Positions 11,528-24,244 of a stretch of DNA of 48,978 nt are shown in pieces. Each line of letters starts with the position of its first letter. The first letter of the stretch is position 1. This DNA is from Heteronotia binoei. Taxonomy: Eukaryota. A program made the translations under genes and the position numbers. The DNA lies in contig NC_083236.1 in the NCBI RefSeq assembly GCF_032191835.1, forward strand, positions 11,222,001-11,270,978. Reading direction: 5' to 3'. Under the pieces are notes generated by a model. The model did no database searches, was not told the DNA's origin, and saw only the letters and a list, made by a program, of their open reading frames with translations.

Positions 11528-12644
11528 GCATCCAGAGCACGTGAAGTGATGATATCGCTTTACTCTGCTCTGGTAAGACCTCACCTGGAGTATTGTGTTC
11601 AGTTTTGGGCACTACATTTCAAGAAGGATATAGACAAGCTGGAACGGGTCCAGAGGAGGGCAACGAAGATGGTGAGGGGTCTGGAGACCCAAGTCCTATG
11701 AAGAAAGGTTGAAGGTGTCATGAGCCCTGAGGAGGGGGAGCTGGAATGGTTAACAGACCAGGAAGAGCCGGCAGTTGGCCCATCAATTACACCCTCCTCA
11801 TTCCAGGCACTCACGCCGGCTGTTGACAATTAGTCTCCTCCAAGCTCTCCCCCTCCCATCTCAAGAATGCGCACCCATCTTCAACGGACGCTGGCAGAGC
11901 GCAGACGTGCAGCACGCCAAGGCTTCCAATCTATTAGCCCTGAATACTAGAAGAACTACGGCCACCCAAGGAGCCAGCTGATTGAGGCTCCTATATAACT
12001 CACGCCCGGGACTTGGCAACCTTGTGGAAGCAACGAGTCGATTCCCTGGCTCACATCCATGCTCCTTCCTGATTCCAGTTCCTGACCGGTTTGAATTCCT
12101 TGGCACCCTGGCCCTTTGGCTTTGGACACTGACCTCTCCTTCTGGTTTGCGATTTTGCTGTGGTGACTCGGCTCCTGACTGACTCCTTGAACTTTGACTT
12201 CAGACTGGCTTTAGACTCCCTCCTGCCTGCACCCCGAGACATGACAAAAGGAGCTGGGCATGTTTAGCCAGGAGAGGAGACAGCTGAGAGGTGATATGAT
12301 CACCATGTTCAAATACTTGAAGGGCTGTCATGTAGAGAGGATGGTGTGGAATAGTTTTTTGTGGCCCCAGAAGGTAGGACCAGAATCAATGGGTTCAAAT
12401 TAAATCAAAAGAGTTTCCGGCTCAATATTAGGAAGAACTTTCTGACAGAGCCATTCCTCGGTGGAACACGCTTCCTCAGGAGGTGGTGGGCTCTCCTTCC
12501 TTGGAGGTTTTTAAACAGAGGCTGGATGGCCATCTGACAGCAATGAAGATCCTGTGAATTTAGGGGGAAGTTTTTGTGAGTTTCCTGCATTGTGCAGGGG
12601 GTTGGACTAGATGACCCTGGAGGTCCCTTCCAACTCTGATTCTG
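11528..12644 (+). mobile_element. CR1 LINE 3' end inserted in the Gypsy RT
   Basis: [43 protein letters not shown]; CR1 tail; tgatc on both sides (11523-11527, 12645-12649); removing it restores Gypsy [12 protein letters not shown]. Confidence 0.9.
11716..12246. mobile_element. Solo LTR (531 bp) inserted in the CR1
   Basis: Inverted termini TGTCATG...CATGACA; flanks gaagg / aaagg (5-bp TSD with one mismatch); TATA-like ctatataa near 11992; CR1 ...ggttgaagg|agctgggcatg is restored on removal. Confidence 0.8.
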
Positions 12645-15198
12645 TGATCAAAGACTTGTTAAGAGAAGTTGTAAAAGGAAAAAACTTTACTAAGTTGGAC
12701 TTAAGAGATGCATATTTCTGAGTCAGGATCAAGGAGGGGGACAAATGTAAGGTGGTGTTCAATACCCCATTCAGGCAGTTTGAGTATCTAGTCATGCTCT
12801 TCAGGTTACGGGAGGCCCAAGAGTGTTCATTAATCTTATCAATGAAGTGTGAAACAAGTTTCTCACAAGGGCGTAGTCATTTATCTTCATTACATGTTGA
12901 TATATTTGTAAGATCTCCTCTCTCACATAAAGTTGGTGAGAGAGGTCCTTGCTACTCTGTACAAGCACAAACTGTTTGCTAAGTTATTTAAATGTGAGTT
13001 TCACAAAACATAGCTAGACTTCCTGGGGTACTGACTGTCTCAGGAGGGGCTCGGGATGGGCCCTGCCAAAATCCAAGATGTTGTAGGGCAGGAGGCCACT
13101 GCTACCAGAAGTTCGCAATCTTCTACAGACCATTCCTAAAAAAACTTTGTTCAGGTTGTGTTGCCACTTACTGATCTGTTAAAAACAAAGGGAAAGAGAC
13201 CGTAGTGTAAAAAGCAGAGGCTAAGTTGGACTGCTCAATGCCAAGAAGCCTTCAAACACCTAAAGAAGCTGTTTATGTTGGAGCCAGCGCTACAGCACCC
13301 CGATGAAGATAAGCCCTTTGTGGTCCGAGTTGATACCAGTGACGTGGCAATGGGCAGTGTCAGATTACAGAGAGGGGTAGACGGTCACTCTCTGTGTGCC
13401 TATGTATCCCAAACATTTGACGAGATTGAGCGGAACTGGTTAGTGTGAGACAAGGAGGCAGTGATGGTGAAATTGGTGCTAGAAACATGACTGCAGTGAT
13501 TGGAAGGAACCGTTTCATTGGTAAGAGCTCCTTCCAATCAGGAGCCGTTTGAAATTTGAACTGATCACAGAAACTTAGAAGAATTAAAGGCTCCTAGGGA
13601 AATGGGTGTCAAACAGGTTTGGTGGGCTTAATGCTTTTTGAGGTTCTGGTTTACTTTTAAGCACCTCTCTGGCAAACATAACTTCCTGGCTAATGCCTTG
13701 TCCCACCTTCCACAACATGAGAGCCAAAGGGAGGAGGTGATTGACTCCTTGTTCACACCTGCCCAGTTGGGAGGGGCCATAATCACCAGAAGCCAGGCCA
13801 AATTGGAGCCACCTCCCCCATTAACCTTCAGGTGGAACGGATTAGGGAAGTCACAGAGGGGAAGGAGGAGGCTGACTGGAAGAATTAGCTTGAGTGCTGG
13901 GCAGAGACAGATGCTTATATAAGGACAATTGATTATATGTCCCGGAGGTAAAATCCTTAAAAACTGTCATGATAATAAAACTGCTGGATATTTTGGGTAT
14001 GTCAAAACACTGCTCTTAATACAATGACAATTTTTGCGTCCAAAGATGAAAAAAGACATCTCACAATATGTCACCTCATGCCCCATGTGCATCATGGCCA
14101 AGAAAGGGGGGGGGGGTACTGTACTTTTTAGAGATGGCATCGAAGCTGTCGTCTCGGACTGAGGGGCCCAGTTCATTGTCCAGTTCTGGAGAGAATTCTT
14201 AAAACTCAATGGTATTGAACAGGGTCTGAGCTCAGGTTATCACCCGGAAACGGGTGGGCAATTGGAATGGGTCAACCAAGTCCTTGAACAGTTCCTAGTG
14301 TGTTATATGAACTACCAGCAAGACAACGGGGTGCAGTTCCTCAGTAATAACACTGAGCACGCCTCCACCAAGGTCACCCCATTCCAAACAGTGCAAAGGT
14401 ATGAGGGAAAGCTCTTACCATGTTTGCCGAGAGCGGAGGGATGCATCTCAAAGCGGAAGTGTGCTGGAGTGGTGGTCCAATCTGGCATTGAAATGGGGAA
14501 TGATCAGCTAGACAGAGCTAGACAAAGCCCAAGCTGATAAGAAACGGGTCCCCTTGTGGGAAATAAAAGTGGGGGACTCGGTCTATATTTCGACCAAAAA
14601 CGTAAAGGGGCTGCAGCCCACCCAAAAGTTGGGCTGGAAATTTATTGGACCGTTCAAAGCGAACTGCTGGGAGACAGGTCTAATCTGGTCTCCCTGGGCA
14701 ATGCTGATAGGCACCAACCAAATAGAGGATTTGACTACTGAGGCCTGAGAAAGAACTGTATATTATTCAAAAGACTTTTTGCAGGTGCAGGAAAGTCAGT
14801 AGCCGTTGTCCCCTCCTCTGTAATAGCTGATAACTTTTGATTGTACTCCAGCCTGGCAAGACCCAGACTAGTAATGACTTGCCATGTGATGTTTGCTTTA
14901 AGCATCATCATTATAACTTCTTTTGATCCCAGTCAAGAAGTCTCGTGATTGAACCTGGGCAAAACCTTACACTCTGAGCATCAGTGGGGTAACATGCGTG
15001 AGTAAGCCTTTTATGTTCTGACTGTCAGATAGTCTGACTTGGAAGCCTATGAGCAGCAGGCAGTTCCTCTGAAAAACATTACAGGGAGCAGCCAATTGGG
15101 ATTAGGGCACAAAATACCTGTGGGACAATGGTGTTGTTGAATTATCTTGTGTGTTGCATGTGTGCGAAGTGCCATTAGGTCACAGCCAACTTTGCTCT

Positions 15199-15245
15199 GA
15201 CCTGGATAGCCCACGCAAACCCAATCTTGTCAGATCTCAGAAGCT
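15199..15245 (+). repeat. 5S rRNA-derived fragment (probably head of a 5S-type SINE)
   Basis: cccaatcttgtcagatctcagaagct (15220-15245) vs vertebrate 5S CCCGATCTCGTCTGATCTCGGAAGCT as recalled, 22/26 identical. Confidence 0.55.
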
Positions 15246-16058
15246 CTACTATGCTGCCTCTCATCTTCAGAGGTAGCCGGGTGAAAAAAAAGTAGGACAA
15301 AGGGACAGATGTTCACACAGAAATGCATGGAGAGGGCAAGAGAGTCTTATCAAAGTAGTTTCACGGATATATGAAAGTGCATTGCTTCAGCACAAGGTTG
15401 AATTCCTTTAATGGCTGAACTGATAGGCTAGTTTCTGCCAACACTCAATCAAAGAGTATGATAGGAACAATAGCACCTACTAATTTTCCCTGTGGTATCT
15501 GGCAGCACTAGATGAGCTCTGGGTGCTTATTAGGAGGCTCCCTGGTAGGGAAAACAATGAGCTGCCATTTGAAAAGCAGCCCTGGCCAGCAAGCTGCTTT
15601 GCACCTGAGCAAACACCAGATCCACTGACTGGGAGGGACTGTGTTCCAAGCTGCTGGTTTGGAGCCCTTTTGACCCATGTTTCTGCCCACAAGTATCTTT
15701 GTCACAAAGAGTGGCACTAGCAAAGAACTCTTGCCAATGAAAACATTCTACATTATTGCAGTATTAGACATTATGGGGAAACAGTGATCCTCTTTAGATG
15801 GAACTCATGTTCCCTGCCAAACACAGAACTGTTCCACCACATTATGGGACTATTGTCCATGATCTATTACACATGGCACTTGTCCTTCCCAGCAAAACAG
15901 CATGCCGTTAAATCTCCATACTCATCAGCTAAGAGAGTGCTGTAATTTATTTAATGTATGATGCCTTTACAAACAACCTACCTATTTTTGGAGCGGCCTT
16001 TTTATTTTTCCTCTTGTGCATGCAGGGTTAGCTAGCTAATCCTAGCCATGTACCCACA

Positions 16059-16327
16059 GAGAAGAAGAAGAAGATATATCCCGCCCTCCACTCCGAAGAG
16101 TCTCAGAGCGGCTCACAATCTCCTTTACCTTCCTCCCCCACAACAGACACCCTGTGAGGTGGGTGGGGCTGGAGAGGGCTCTCACAGCAGCTGCCCTTTC
16201 AAGGACAACCTCTGCCAGAGCTATGGCTGACCCAAGGCCATTCCAGCAGGTGCAAGTGGAGGAGTAGTGGGGAATCAAACCCGGTTCTCCTGGATAAGAG
16301 TCCGCACACTTAACCACTACACCAAAC
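16059..16327 (-). mobile_element. Squam3-type (gecko-abundant) tRNA SINE, near full length
   Basis: Minus-strand head tttggtgtagtggttaag (A box), gggtttgattcccc (B box), (ctt)n tail. Confidence 0.85.
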
Positions 16328-16726
16328 AGGGAAGACAGGGAGACCTTTCCCTGTCCCAGAAAGAGTTCCATGTTGGAGTAGGGTGGCAAGTAATTAGAGA
16401 ATCTGAGCAGGAAAGACCTGGGAATTAAAATATGGTATTTTAGCTTTGGTGCTAAGTGGCTGACCTAAAAGCTCAAGAGGCAAACTCTTTCCAGGCAGAG
16501 TCCACCTGTCCACACCCCACACCCCAAATCTTTTTCTCCACTCAGCCCAACTCGCTCCTCAGAGTCTGCTAGCATGATGACAAAGCAAGGGATAAGGGAG
16601 CTTATGTAAGTGTGACATTTTTCCCAAGCAAAGATACTACATAACACTGACAAAAAAAACACCTGGATTTATAAATGAGGAGAAAGAGATGAGCAGTGAT
16701 TGGCTGAGAGGTTTTCTTTATTTTAG

Positions 16727-19700
16727 GCTCCGAGGAGGCACATCAAGAATCTTCTGCTGTTGATGATTTTCTTACAATCCTCCATTTTCAGAGGAATTTG
16801 CATGAAAGACTTTGGTTCAGTTGTAATAAAAATATTTATTTATGAAAGAGTTGCAGGCAGATTGGCAGCATTGTTTGAAAATACTTTACTAGGAGTAAGC
16901 TGATGAAATGGCATTTGCATATGCTGAGCTCTCCCGGGTCCTCCGAGCCACAGTGGCAATAACTGTGTTCAGTTGCAGCATGCATGTTTCAATTCTTTGG
17001 AGCACTGATTATAATTGCGCTAGGGAAAGGCAAGAGTTGCATGCTCCCTCTCTGGTGTATACACATCCACGCAGTCTTTAAATATGCACTTTTATCTTTT
17101 AAATAACCAGCTCCTCATCTCCTCTTGCTGAAGAGAGAGAGAGATGTAGCGCTGAATGTTCGACATAATTGCCTTTGGGGGGATGACTGATTGGGAACTT
17201 AGGTAAAATGGCAATATGTAAACAGACGCTGCCTTCATTATATATTTCAGAGAATCACAGAGGTTTATGTGAACTACTGAAAGGAAATATGGGGAAGAGA
17301 TTTGCCAATGAACCTCTGTAAACAAAGCACATAGTACCATTGTCTAGCTATAGTTGGAAAACAACCCTGAGCCCTTGAATGCAAAACGAGATGATCACTT
17401 GCCCTCAGGACATCAGGTTTCTCCCATATCTGATTGGAGGGAGAGGACAGTCAGTCATCGCAGAAGTAGAGGGGGGAAAGGTCTTAAGATAAACGATTGT
17501 GTGGGCAATACAACCAAAATTTCAAACATAGTTTTTTGTAATAGTAAAAATTAAAGCCAGGGGCTTTCAGTGCTGTTCTTTATGCCTCACTGTGGGAAGA
17601 GTGAAGAGGAGACTGGAAGGCATAATGCTTCCAGGACAGATTTTGGAAACACTGCTCTGTTTTTTTCTTAGGTCAACAGTTTATCTAGATCAGTCCTTGT
17701 TGCTGCATGTCTCATATAGTTTGATAACTGATAGCAATATACTTGCTTTTGCCTTTGATGCTTTCACCCTTGGATAAGGCAATTCATACCTTATTATCTT
17801 CAAATACGGTTACTGGTGCAGGCTCTTCTATCCCAAAGTATTTCAGTAGATTCATAATCCATTCAAGTTAACCACAGGCATTTGCTGCAGATATTTATTT
17901 ATTTAGAAAACTTATATTCCGCCCTTTCCCGTAATGGGCTCAGAGCGGATCACAACATAGATGAGACAATAAAACCAACAAGGCAAATTTAAAGCAATAC
18001 AATAAAACCAAAACAACAGAACGATAAAACTAAATAAGATGCATCACCGATGGAAAGGGCACATCCCACAAAATACAGTTTTTGTCCCAGTTGTTGACTA
18101 GTCCACTAATCAGTTATCAGATATGTATTCTGCCTCCGTTGTTGACTAGTCCAGTTAATCAGATTAGAAAAACAGATAGCCATGTACTGGCTTACGTTCA
18201 GTCACATCTTTGGCCCAGTCAGCATCCATATATCCAGTCAGTCTTGAGCTGTCAAAAGTTGATAATTTCCATTTCATATCAGCTGTATTATTAAGATATC
18301 TGATCAATCTCTTTATATGTGGTGACTTGGTGAACTGGTCTTTATGCTTAGTGTTCCCACAGGTGCTGAAATGTCAGGTCTAGAAATTGTACTCAAGTAG
18401 AGAAGTTTGCCAATTATCTCTTTGTTTAGTTTGTTGTTTTTAAGTAACACTCCATCTTCAAGTTTAAGCTAAGTGGGTTCAAGTGGTGTACTTGCTCTTT
18501 TATCATCCTTTTGGTATAGATACTTAGCACGGTCCAATATCTTATGTTTTTGGTTCAGGAGAAAACTTCATTTTGTAGCAGTGCAGCGAATTTCTCAATC
18601 CATGCTTTGGCCTTTTATTCCTCAGGTAAATCTTAATTGAATAACGCTGTCCCAGTGTCGAGGTTGAACATGCTGCTTTTGTCTCTTATGCTGCTGTAAT
18701 TAGTAGGGTCCTGAAGGTGGCGCATTGTACAACAGGTGCAAGTTGCTCAATCACTTCATCACAGTTCACCTTTAGGTTGCACACTTGCAGATAAGCCATA
18801 CCTTGGAGGTAGTACTCCTCTGTTGCCCCTATGAAATTGCCTCACAGTGGTCTTTGTCTCCTCATCTGGCACTGATTGGTCTGCCTCCCCCATCTGACTG
18901 AGGGGTGCTTATTGGTTGGTGCTTCTGCAAGTCAGTCAGTCAGTATGTCACTAAGGGAAACACCATCTTCAGCTTCCTTGCTGATTTGTACTGTGGACTG
19001 TGTTGGCTTCTTAGAGCTTAAGAGTATACTACTTTCATCAGTATGTACACTGTGTTGCATTCTTTAGAAAAAAATGTTTTAGGATCTATAATCTTGCGAA
19101 CTCTTCCACCTCGAGCATAACCCAAAAGCTCAGGGATCCATTCCCCCTCCTTTCTTTTCTCAGGTATATAGTCATAAACCTTTGCCCCAAAAGTCTTTAG
19201 GTATGTTTGTATCCATGCCATAAACCTCAAAAGGCAATTTTCCTGTGACTGAAGAAGGGATTCTATTGTGCAGATAGATGCAGTGTTTAAAGCTCCCCCC
19301 CGCACCCCTCCCCCCCCCCGCAGGGCTCAGGCAAGTTAGATTGCTTGAGAAGTCTTCTAGCCATTGCTATAAGAGTTTGGTTAAAATGTTCTGTAGCCCC
19401 ATTTTGCTGAGGGCTGTATCCAACAGTTGTGTTATTCTCTATTCCCTCTTGTTCCAGGAACATTTAGGACTAATCGCCGCCAAACTCAGTTTCTTTGTCT
19501 GTAAACAATATCTCTGGAGCTTTATTGAATCTATTTTTTACAGCAGCAGCATAGATTTTGAATTAGCCTGAACATGGCCCTTAGATATTTTTTTTAGGTG
19601 CATGAAAACAAAACAACATTACTTTCATGAAAGTATGTACTTATTTCCTCAATCAGAGAGTTTCAGTGTTCTGATTGAGTACATCTTGTCTCTATAATGG
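16727..19700 (+). other. RALGAPA2: Putative non-coding terminal exon (3'UTR) of RALGAPA2; 3' limit is a guess
   Basis: Strong acceptor gttttctttattttag (AG 16725-16726) followed by about 3 kb of AT-rich, repeat-poor sequence; fits the donor at 7080 and synteny; no transcript evidence. Confidence 0.4.
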
Positions 19701-20313
19701 CTAAACCGTGTGTGTGTGTGCCCCAAGCGAGAGTCAGAACAACAGCAGTAAAAGTTTCCTAAGCCTACACCCCTGGGACAGCCTTAAATCTATTGATTTG
19801 TCAATAGACAGTTCCAATACCAACTCATTATGCATATTGTTACCTACACTCTGGCGGGAGATAGGGGTAGACTTTTCTGTTGATCCTAATCTAACTAACT
19901 AGGAATTAGCATATACAAGTAAACATGTTAATTCTTTCATGACATTAAGTAAGGGACTTGCTCATTTCCCAACATTTCTTCTGCCTCAAAAATGTTTCCC
20001 TCAAGTTTCAGAATGTCAAAAACACTTGCTTACAAAGGAACCAACATCCGATTATCCCTGTACATGTGAACACAGACTTCAAGCAGCTTATACAGAAAGA
20101 AACAGTGATCTGCATATAGATAACCATTTCGCAGGAACAGTTTCCCTGGTGATGATGCAAGCTGCTGTTCTGGGAATTGCTTTATGTGACAGGAGCCTCC
20201 CGCTGAACTTTCTACTTGGCAGTCTTGTGGACAATATGCAACAATGCAATGCAATGTCCACTAGTATCTCCTAATCACACTCGCCCACCCCATCTATGTG
20301 CCAAGAATAACTT

Positions 20314-20540
20314 GAACACCGGGTTTGATTCCCCACTCTTCACTTACAGCTGCTGGAATGGCCTTGGGTTAGCCATAGCTATTGCAGGAGTTGTCCTTGA
20401 AAGGGCAGCTGCTGTGAGAACCCTCTCAGCCCCACCCACCTCACAGGGTGTCTGTTGGGGGAGAAGACATAGGAGATTGTAAGCCACTCTGAGTCTCTAA
20501 TTCAGAAAGAAGGGCAGGGTATAAATCTGCAATCTTCTTG
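20314..20540 (+). mobile_element. Squam3-type SINE, 5'-truncated
   Basis: ccgggtttgattcccc...gaaagggcagctgctgtgaga, similar to 16059-16327. Confidence 0.8.
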
Positions 20541-21059
20541 TTTTTGCTCATATTTTTTTAAAACACAATTTTATTAAATTCATGGGGTTTTGCTCATATT
20601 TGAGGGGCTCTATTAAGAAGACATAGTTGGTATAATCACTCTGCATTCTTCATTCCTGGAATGGTGCCAAAGACTGCCTTCAGCTATCAGGAGCAAACCA
20701 CAGTTACTTTGTAATATGAAGAAGCCTCAGATCCTCAGGCTGGTATACTCTCTCCCATAGAAGGACCTGCAGTCGAAGTTTTCCTGGTTTGTGATGATGT
20801 CCAGGTCTGGCTGCCTGATTAAACTGGGGTTGAGAATCCCAGTTACTAGGGAAGAAACTCCACTTCATTGAAACATCGCCATTTGAATGGCACATTTGGA
20901 TCCTCATTGAAGCATCCTCACTTGGATGGCACAGTAAATTAGAGTCAGGTCAGAGGCCAGGAAGCCTTCAGTTGCAGCTCCACATAAAAAGGGAGGACGT
21001 GTGCAGGCCTGAGCAGTAGAGGCTTCCTCATGCCGTGAACAGATTGTGGTTTGTTTGTG

Positions 21060-22370
21060 ACATCTGAACAGAGCCTAGGTTCATCTTCATGGCTTCTGTG
21101 CAGTCCCACACAGGGACTGCCTGAGAGGAGGCCTGCCTCAGAAAAAATTTCCAGACTTTTTCCCTCCAAAACAATAACCTGACTGGGAGGAGGGGGGCTA
21201 CTCCCTCAGTTCTCTTTTTGCTGAAACAGAGAGAGGATCTCGACTGCTGTCCTCTGCGTTTTTTCCTCACCTTGGTTTTGAGGCGGAGGAGATTATTCTT
21301 TCTCAACAATTTTCCCTTTTTGTCATCATGATAAATGGCCATTCTCTGTGCCTCGGCTGCCTAGAGGTTCACACGGCAAAGCTATCTGCTCTTGCTGTCG
21401 CCAGTTTCTCCTGAAGGCACATGTGGATAGAGCTGGACTCAGAAGAGCTCTCTTCAAAGGCTTTGCCTATGTGCAAGTCTCAATAGAGGCACATTCCTTC
21501 TCACTGGTGAGGTGTGGTAGACAGAGCCTCAGACTAACTGGCTCTTTTCACGAGCTTCGGCTGTATGCCAGCCTGAACAGGGGCATAGAACACGGCTTGG
21601 CATCATCGGAACCTGCCTCCTTGAAGTCATTCCCTAGGTTTATGGTCTCTGTGCCGTCAACGCCAAAGTCTTCAGACTTGACCTAGAAGCCCTTCCCTCC
21701 CATCCACCCCCCCATCTCTCAGTGCTGAGAGAAAAAGAGGCTTAGAGGCATGGCCTGGCAGAAACTCCTTGACTGAAGGAATCCCTGGCCCATCCCTTGG
21801 CTTCAAGTGAAGAAGCTCGGAGGTGTGGCCTGGCAGAGACTGTATGCCTGAAGGAAACCTTCCCCCTTTCTGCATTCTGTCAGTTCTAACCAGAAGCTTG
21901 GAAGTATGGCCTCTCGAAGGCCTGTTTTAAAGCTTAGCTATGCTTGACGGAACTTTCTCCTGGCTGTCCTCTGAGTTTCACAGTAAAATCTGTGGAGGCC
22001 TTGCAATTCTCTGTGCTTCTTTGTTTAAGGTGTTATGTGTCAGAAGGGGATTGTACCCTTTAGTTGGGGTTGTTTGAACCTCTTCCGCTCTTGTAGCTTT
22101 GGAGAGTGGCTGAAGTGGGTGGAGCTTCCCCTTGTTTTTAACCATGTTATGAGACAACAGACTACTTATGCTTAAGTCCGCTGTGCTTTATTTTACCACT
22201 CACTCTACCAGGCCTGCCTGGATTCCAGGGTCAGAACCTCTTTTGAGCTCTGCTCCAAGCCCTATTCCTGGGGTCTGGTTTTAAAAGCTGACATCGTGAC
22301 ACAGCAGTCTCAGTCCTTGCTGCAGTCTCTCAGCATTGATACTGTTGCCATCTCTATGGGAAACTCAGAA
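21060..22370 (+). mobile_element. DIRS-like element, 5' region and ORF1 start, degenerate
   Basis: Across frames near 21330-21460: GHSLCLGCL.E.H...CSCCRQFLLKAHVDRAGLRRAL, like the Cys-rich start of vertebrate DIRS ORF1; upstream ttctgtgcagtcccacacagggactg resembles squamate DIRS termini as recalled; limits uncertain. Confidence 0.5.
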
Positions 22371-22427
22371 GTGATTAACAAGTATGCCTTTGGAGGCAAG
22401 CCTAAGTAGTTTACCAATCCTCAGAGC

Positions 22428-22630
22428 AAAAGTCAGTGTGGTATAGTGCTTGGACTGTTGGACTGAATCTGGAAGACCCAGGTTCAAAGCCATTTTTTGC
22501 CTGAACACTCACTGACTTTGGATGACCCCATTCTCTCCACCTGACTTGCCTTGCAAAGGTCTAGTGGGGATGAAATGGGAAAGTATGAAATGTTATAAGA
22601 TGCTTTGAGTCCCTGCTAGGGATTAAGATA
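22428..22630 (+). mobile_element. Old Squam3/MIR-type SINE
   Basis: agtcagtgtggtatagtg...gacccaggttcaaa head, diverged body. Confidence 0.55.
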
Positions 22631-24244
22631 AACTCCACGCCAATCTTTTCAACTGGCATCTTATGTTTTCCTACTCAAAATATCTACCCCATGGGACACT
22701 CTCTCTGATGGTTGAATTGTAATTACTATCTGGTGTTACAGCCTCTACTACAATCTCTTGGCAAATTATATACTCAATTCCAGTGGCCATATCTATTGTT
22801 CTTGATAACCTACAGGTTAGAGAGCACCTCAGTCTCTAATTTAACCATTACAGGGGTATGACCGTTGTAAATGTAACCTGAATGGAAGGCAGAATTTATC
22901 TACCACAGTCTCCCTTTATGTTGTGAATCAACGGGTCAATTTGGACCCATTCTGCAGTAGCATTTGCTGCATTTTAACTCGTGGCTCCTTCCGATTCCCC
23001 CCGCATCTTCTTGATCTTTTTTTTTTTAAGAGATTGGGAAGACATGGGGGGAATTGGAGGGAACCATGGGTCAAAATATGGCTGCACACCAACTGGTGGG
23101 GAATCAGTCGCTTGATCCAGGGGAAGCAAAAGCCCAGGGGCAGAGCAACTGCTACTGTGGAATGGTCTTTTTACTATCCCATTTGAAGGGAGCTTAACAC
23201 ACTGTATCTCACAGCCTATATTGGTGATTTCCATGACAGATCCTTTCCATTAATCTGGATCAGTCTTTTTACACTGCCCTAGCCCATGTTAGGAATTAGC
23301 GTGCCCCATAGGGAGGCTATAAATTCTGCAGTACAATTGGTCAGATTACGGTCAACACTCTGTGGGGAATAACAGGCTTGCTGTCCGATCCTTGAGTCAC
23401 TTCCTCCCCCACCTTCATATAAAGTGATGTCTCAGGATTGTCAACATGTGTTTTCCATATGCAAGATGCCAGATTCCATCCTTAGCATCATTAACTGAAG
23501 AAGTGTCTGGTAGTCGAGACTCCTTTAAATAATATTATCTATGGTGATTTACTCAACCAGACACAAAAAAGAGACTTCTCTGATCTGGTGGCTTATCCAC
23601 CACATTTCCTCCAATCCATTTCCCACCTATGTCACTTAGTGGGCTCAGACCCAAGATCTTCCCCACTTGCCATCTAATGGGAGGTTGTCTGTCTCCCATT
23701 AGTTAGATTATTCACTTCTGTGGACAGAAAAAAAGACTGATTTCAAGCGATGATTGTGTATTTTGATGCACACCCGAAGAGGTCTATGTTCAGGCCTAGA
23801 TTAGATGGTTCGCCAGGAACTCGTTCTCACAAGAGAGAGATATTGTCTGGCACTGCACTCCATATACACATTGGTCAGCCAATCATAGCAGTCCACAAAT
23901 ATGCGGACTCGCAGCAGGTGCTTTCCCCAGATACAATCCAGCTTCAACCGGCCTTCTTCCAAGGTTGCTCTGGTCTGAGCTGTCAGAAGCTGTCATAATA
24001 GATCCACCTGCTCTAGCCATGCTGCCTCTATGCTGTGCACTATGGACTCATATACTGACATGTTCAGGCCTAGATTAGATGGTTTGTAGCCTAACCTTTT
24101 GTTGACTGCGTTGCCCAGTGACTCGCAACCATGCCTGCAGACAGCCCCTCTGCCATTATGGATTGAAGTTCCCAGTGACAGAATTCCAACAGCACTCTTC
24201 ATTCGGGGCTATACTTTGGCATTTTCCAATATGCACAGCTATTA

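Larger units (their letters stand above)
10355..14680 (+). mobile_element. Ty3/Gypsy LTR retrotransposon internal region (gag knuckle-PR-RT-RNaseH-IN), inactive, own LTRs not seen
   Basis: Gag CLKC..CP knuckle about 10370-10420; protease VQALLDSGCTQDFI (ORF 10626..10982); [22 protein letters not shown]; YLDD mutated to YLHY at 12882-12893; RNaseH KPFVVRVDTSD and TDHRNL; integrase zinc finger, VVSD.GPQF, YHPETGGQLE, KFIGPF; PR-RT-RH-IN order. Confidence 0.92.

Noticed and set aside
11330-11701. 123-aa ORF fusing Gypsy RT to CR1 RT as a novel chimeric protein
   Set aside because: Chance in-frame junction made by the CR1 insertion. Both halves are partial and there is no intact catalytic motif.
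10355-14680. Domesticated Gypsy gene (PEG10/RTL1-like)
   Set aside because: Many stops and frameshifts, YLDD changed to YLHY, partial integrase deletion and nested insertions.
18090-18153. 16-bp direct repeat gttgttgactagtcca with 48-bp period as a CRISPR-like array
   Set aside because: Only two units, eukaryotic context, no cas genes. Probably a small tandem duplication.
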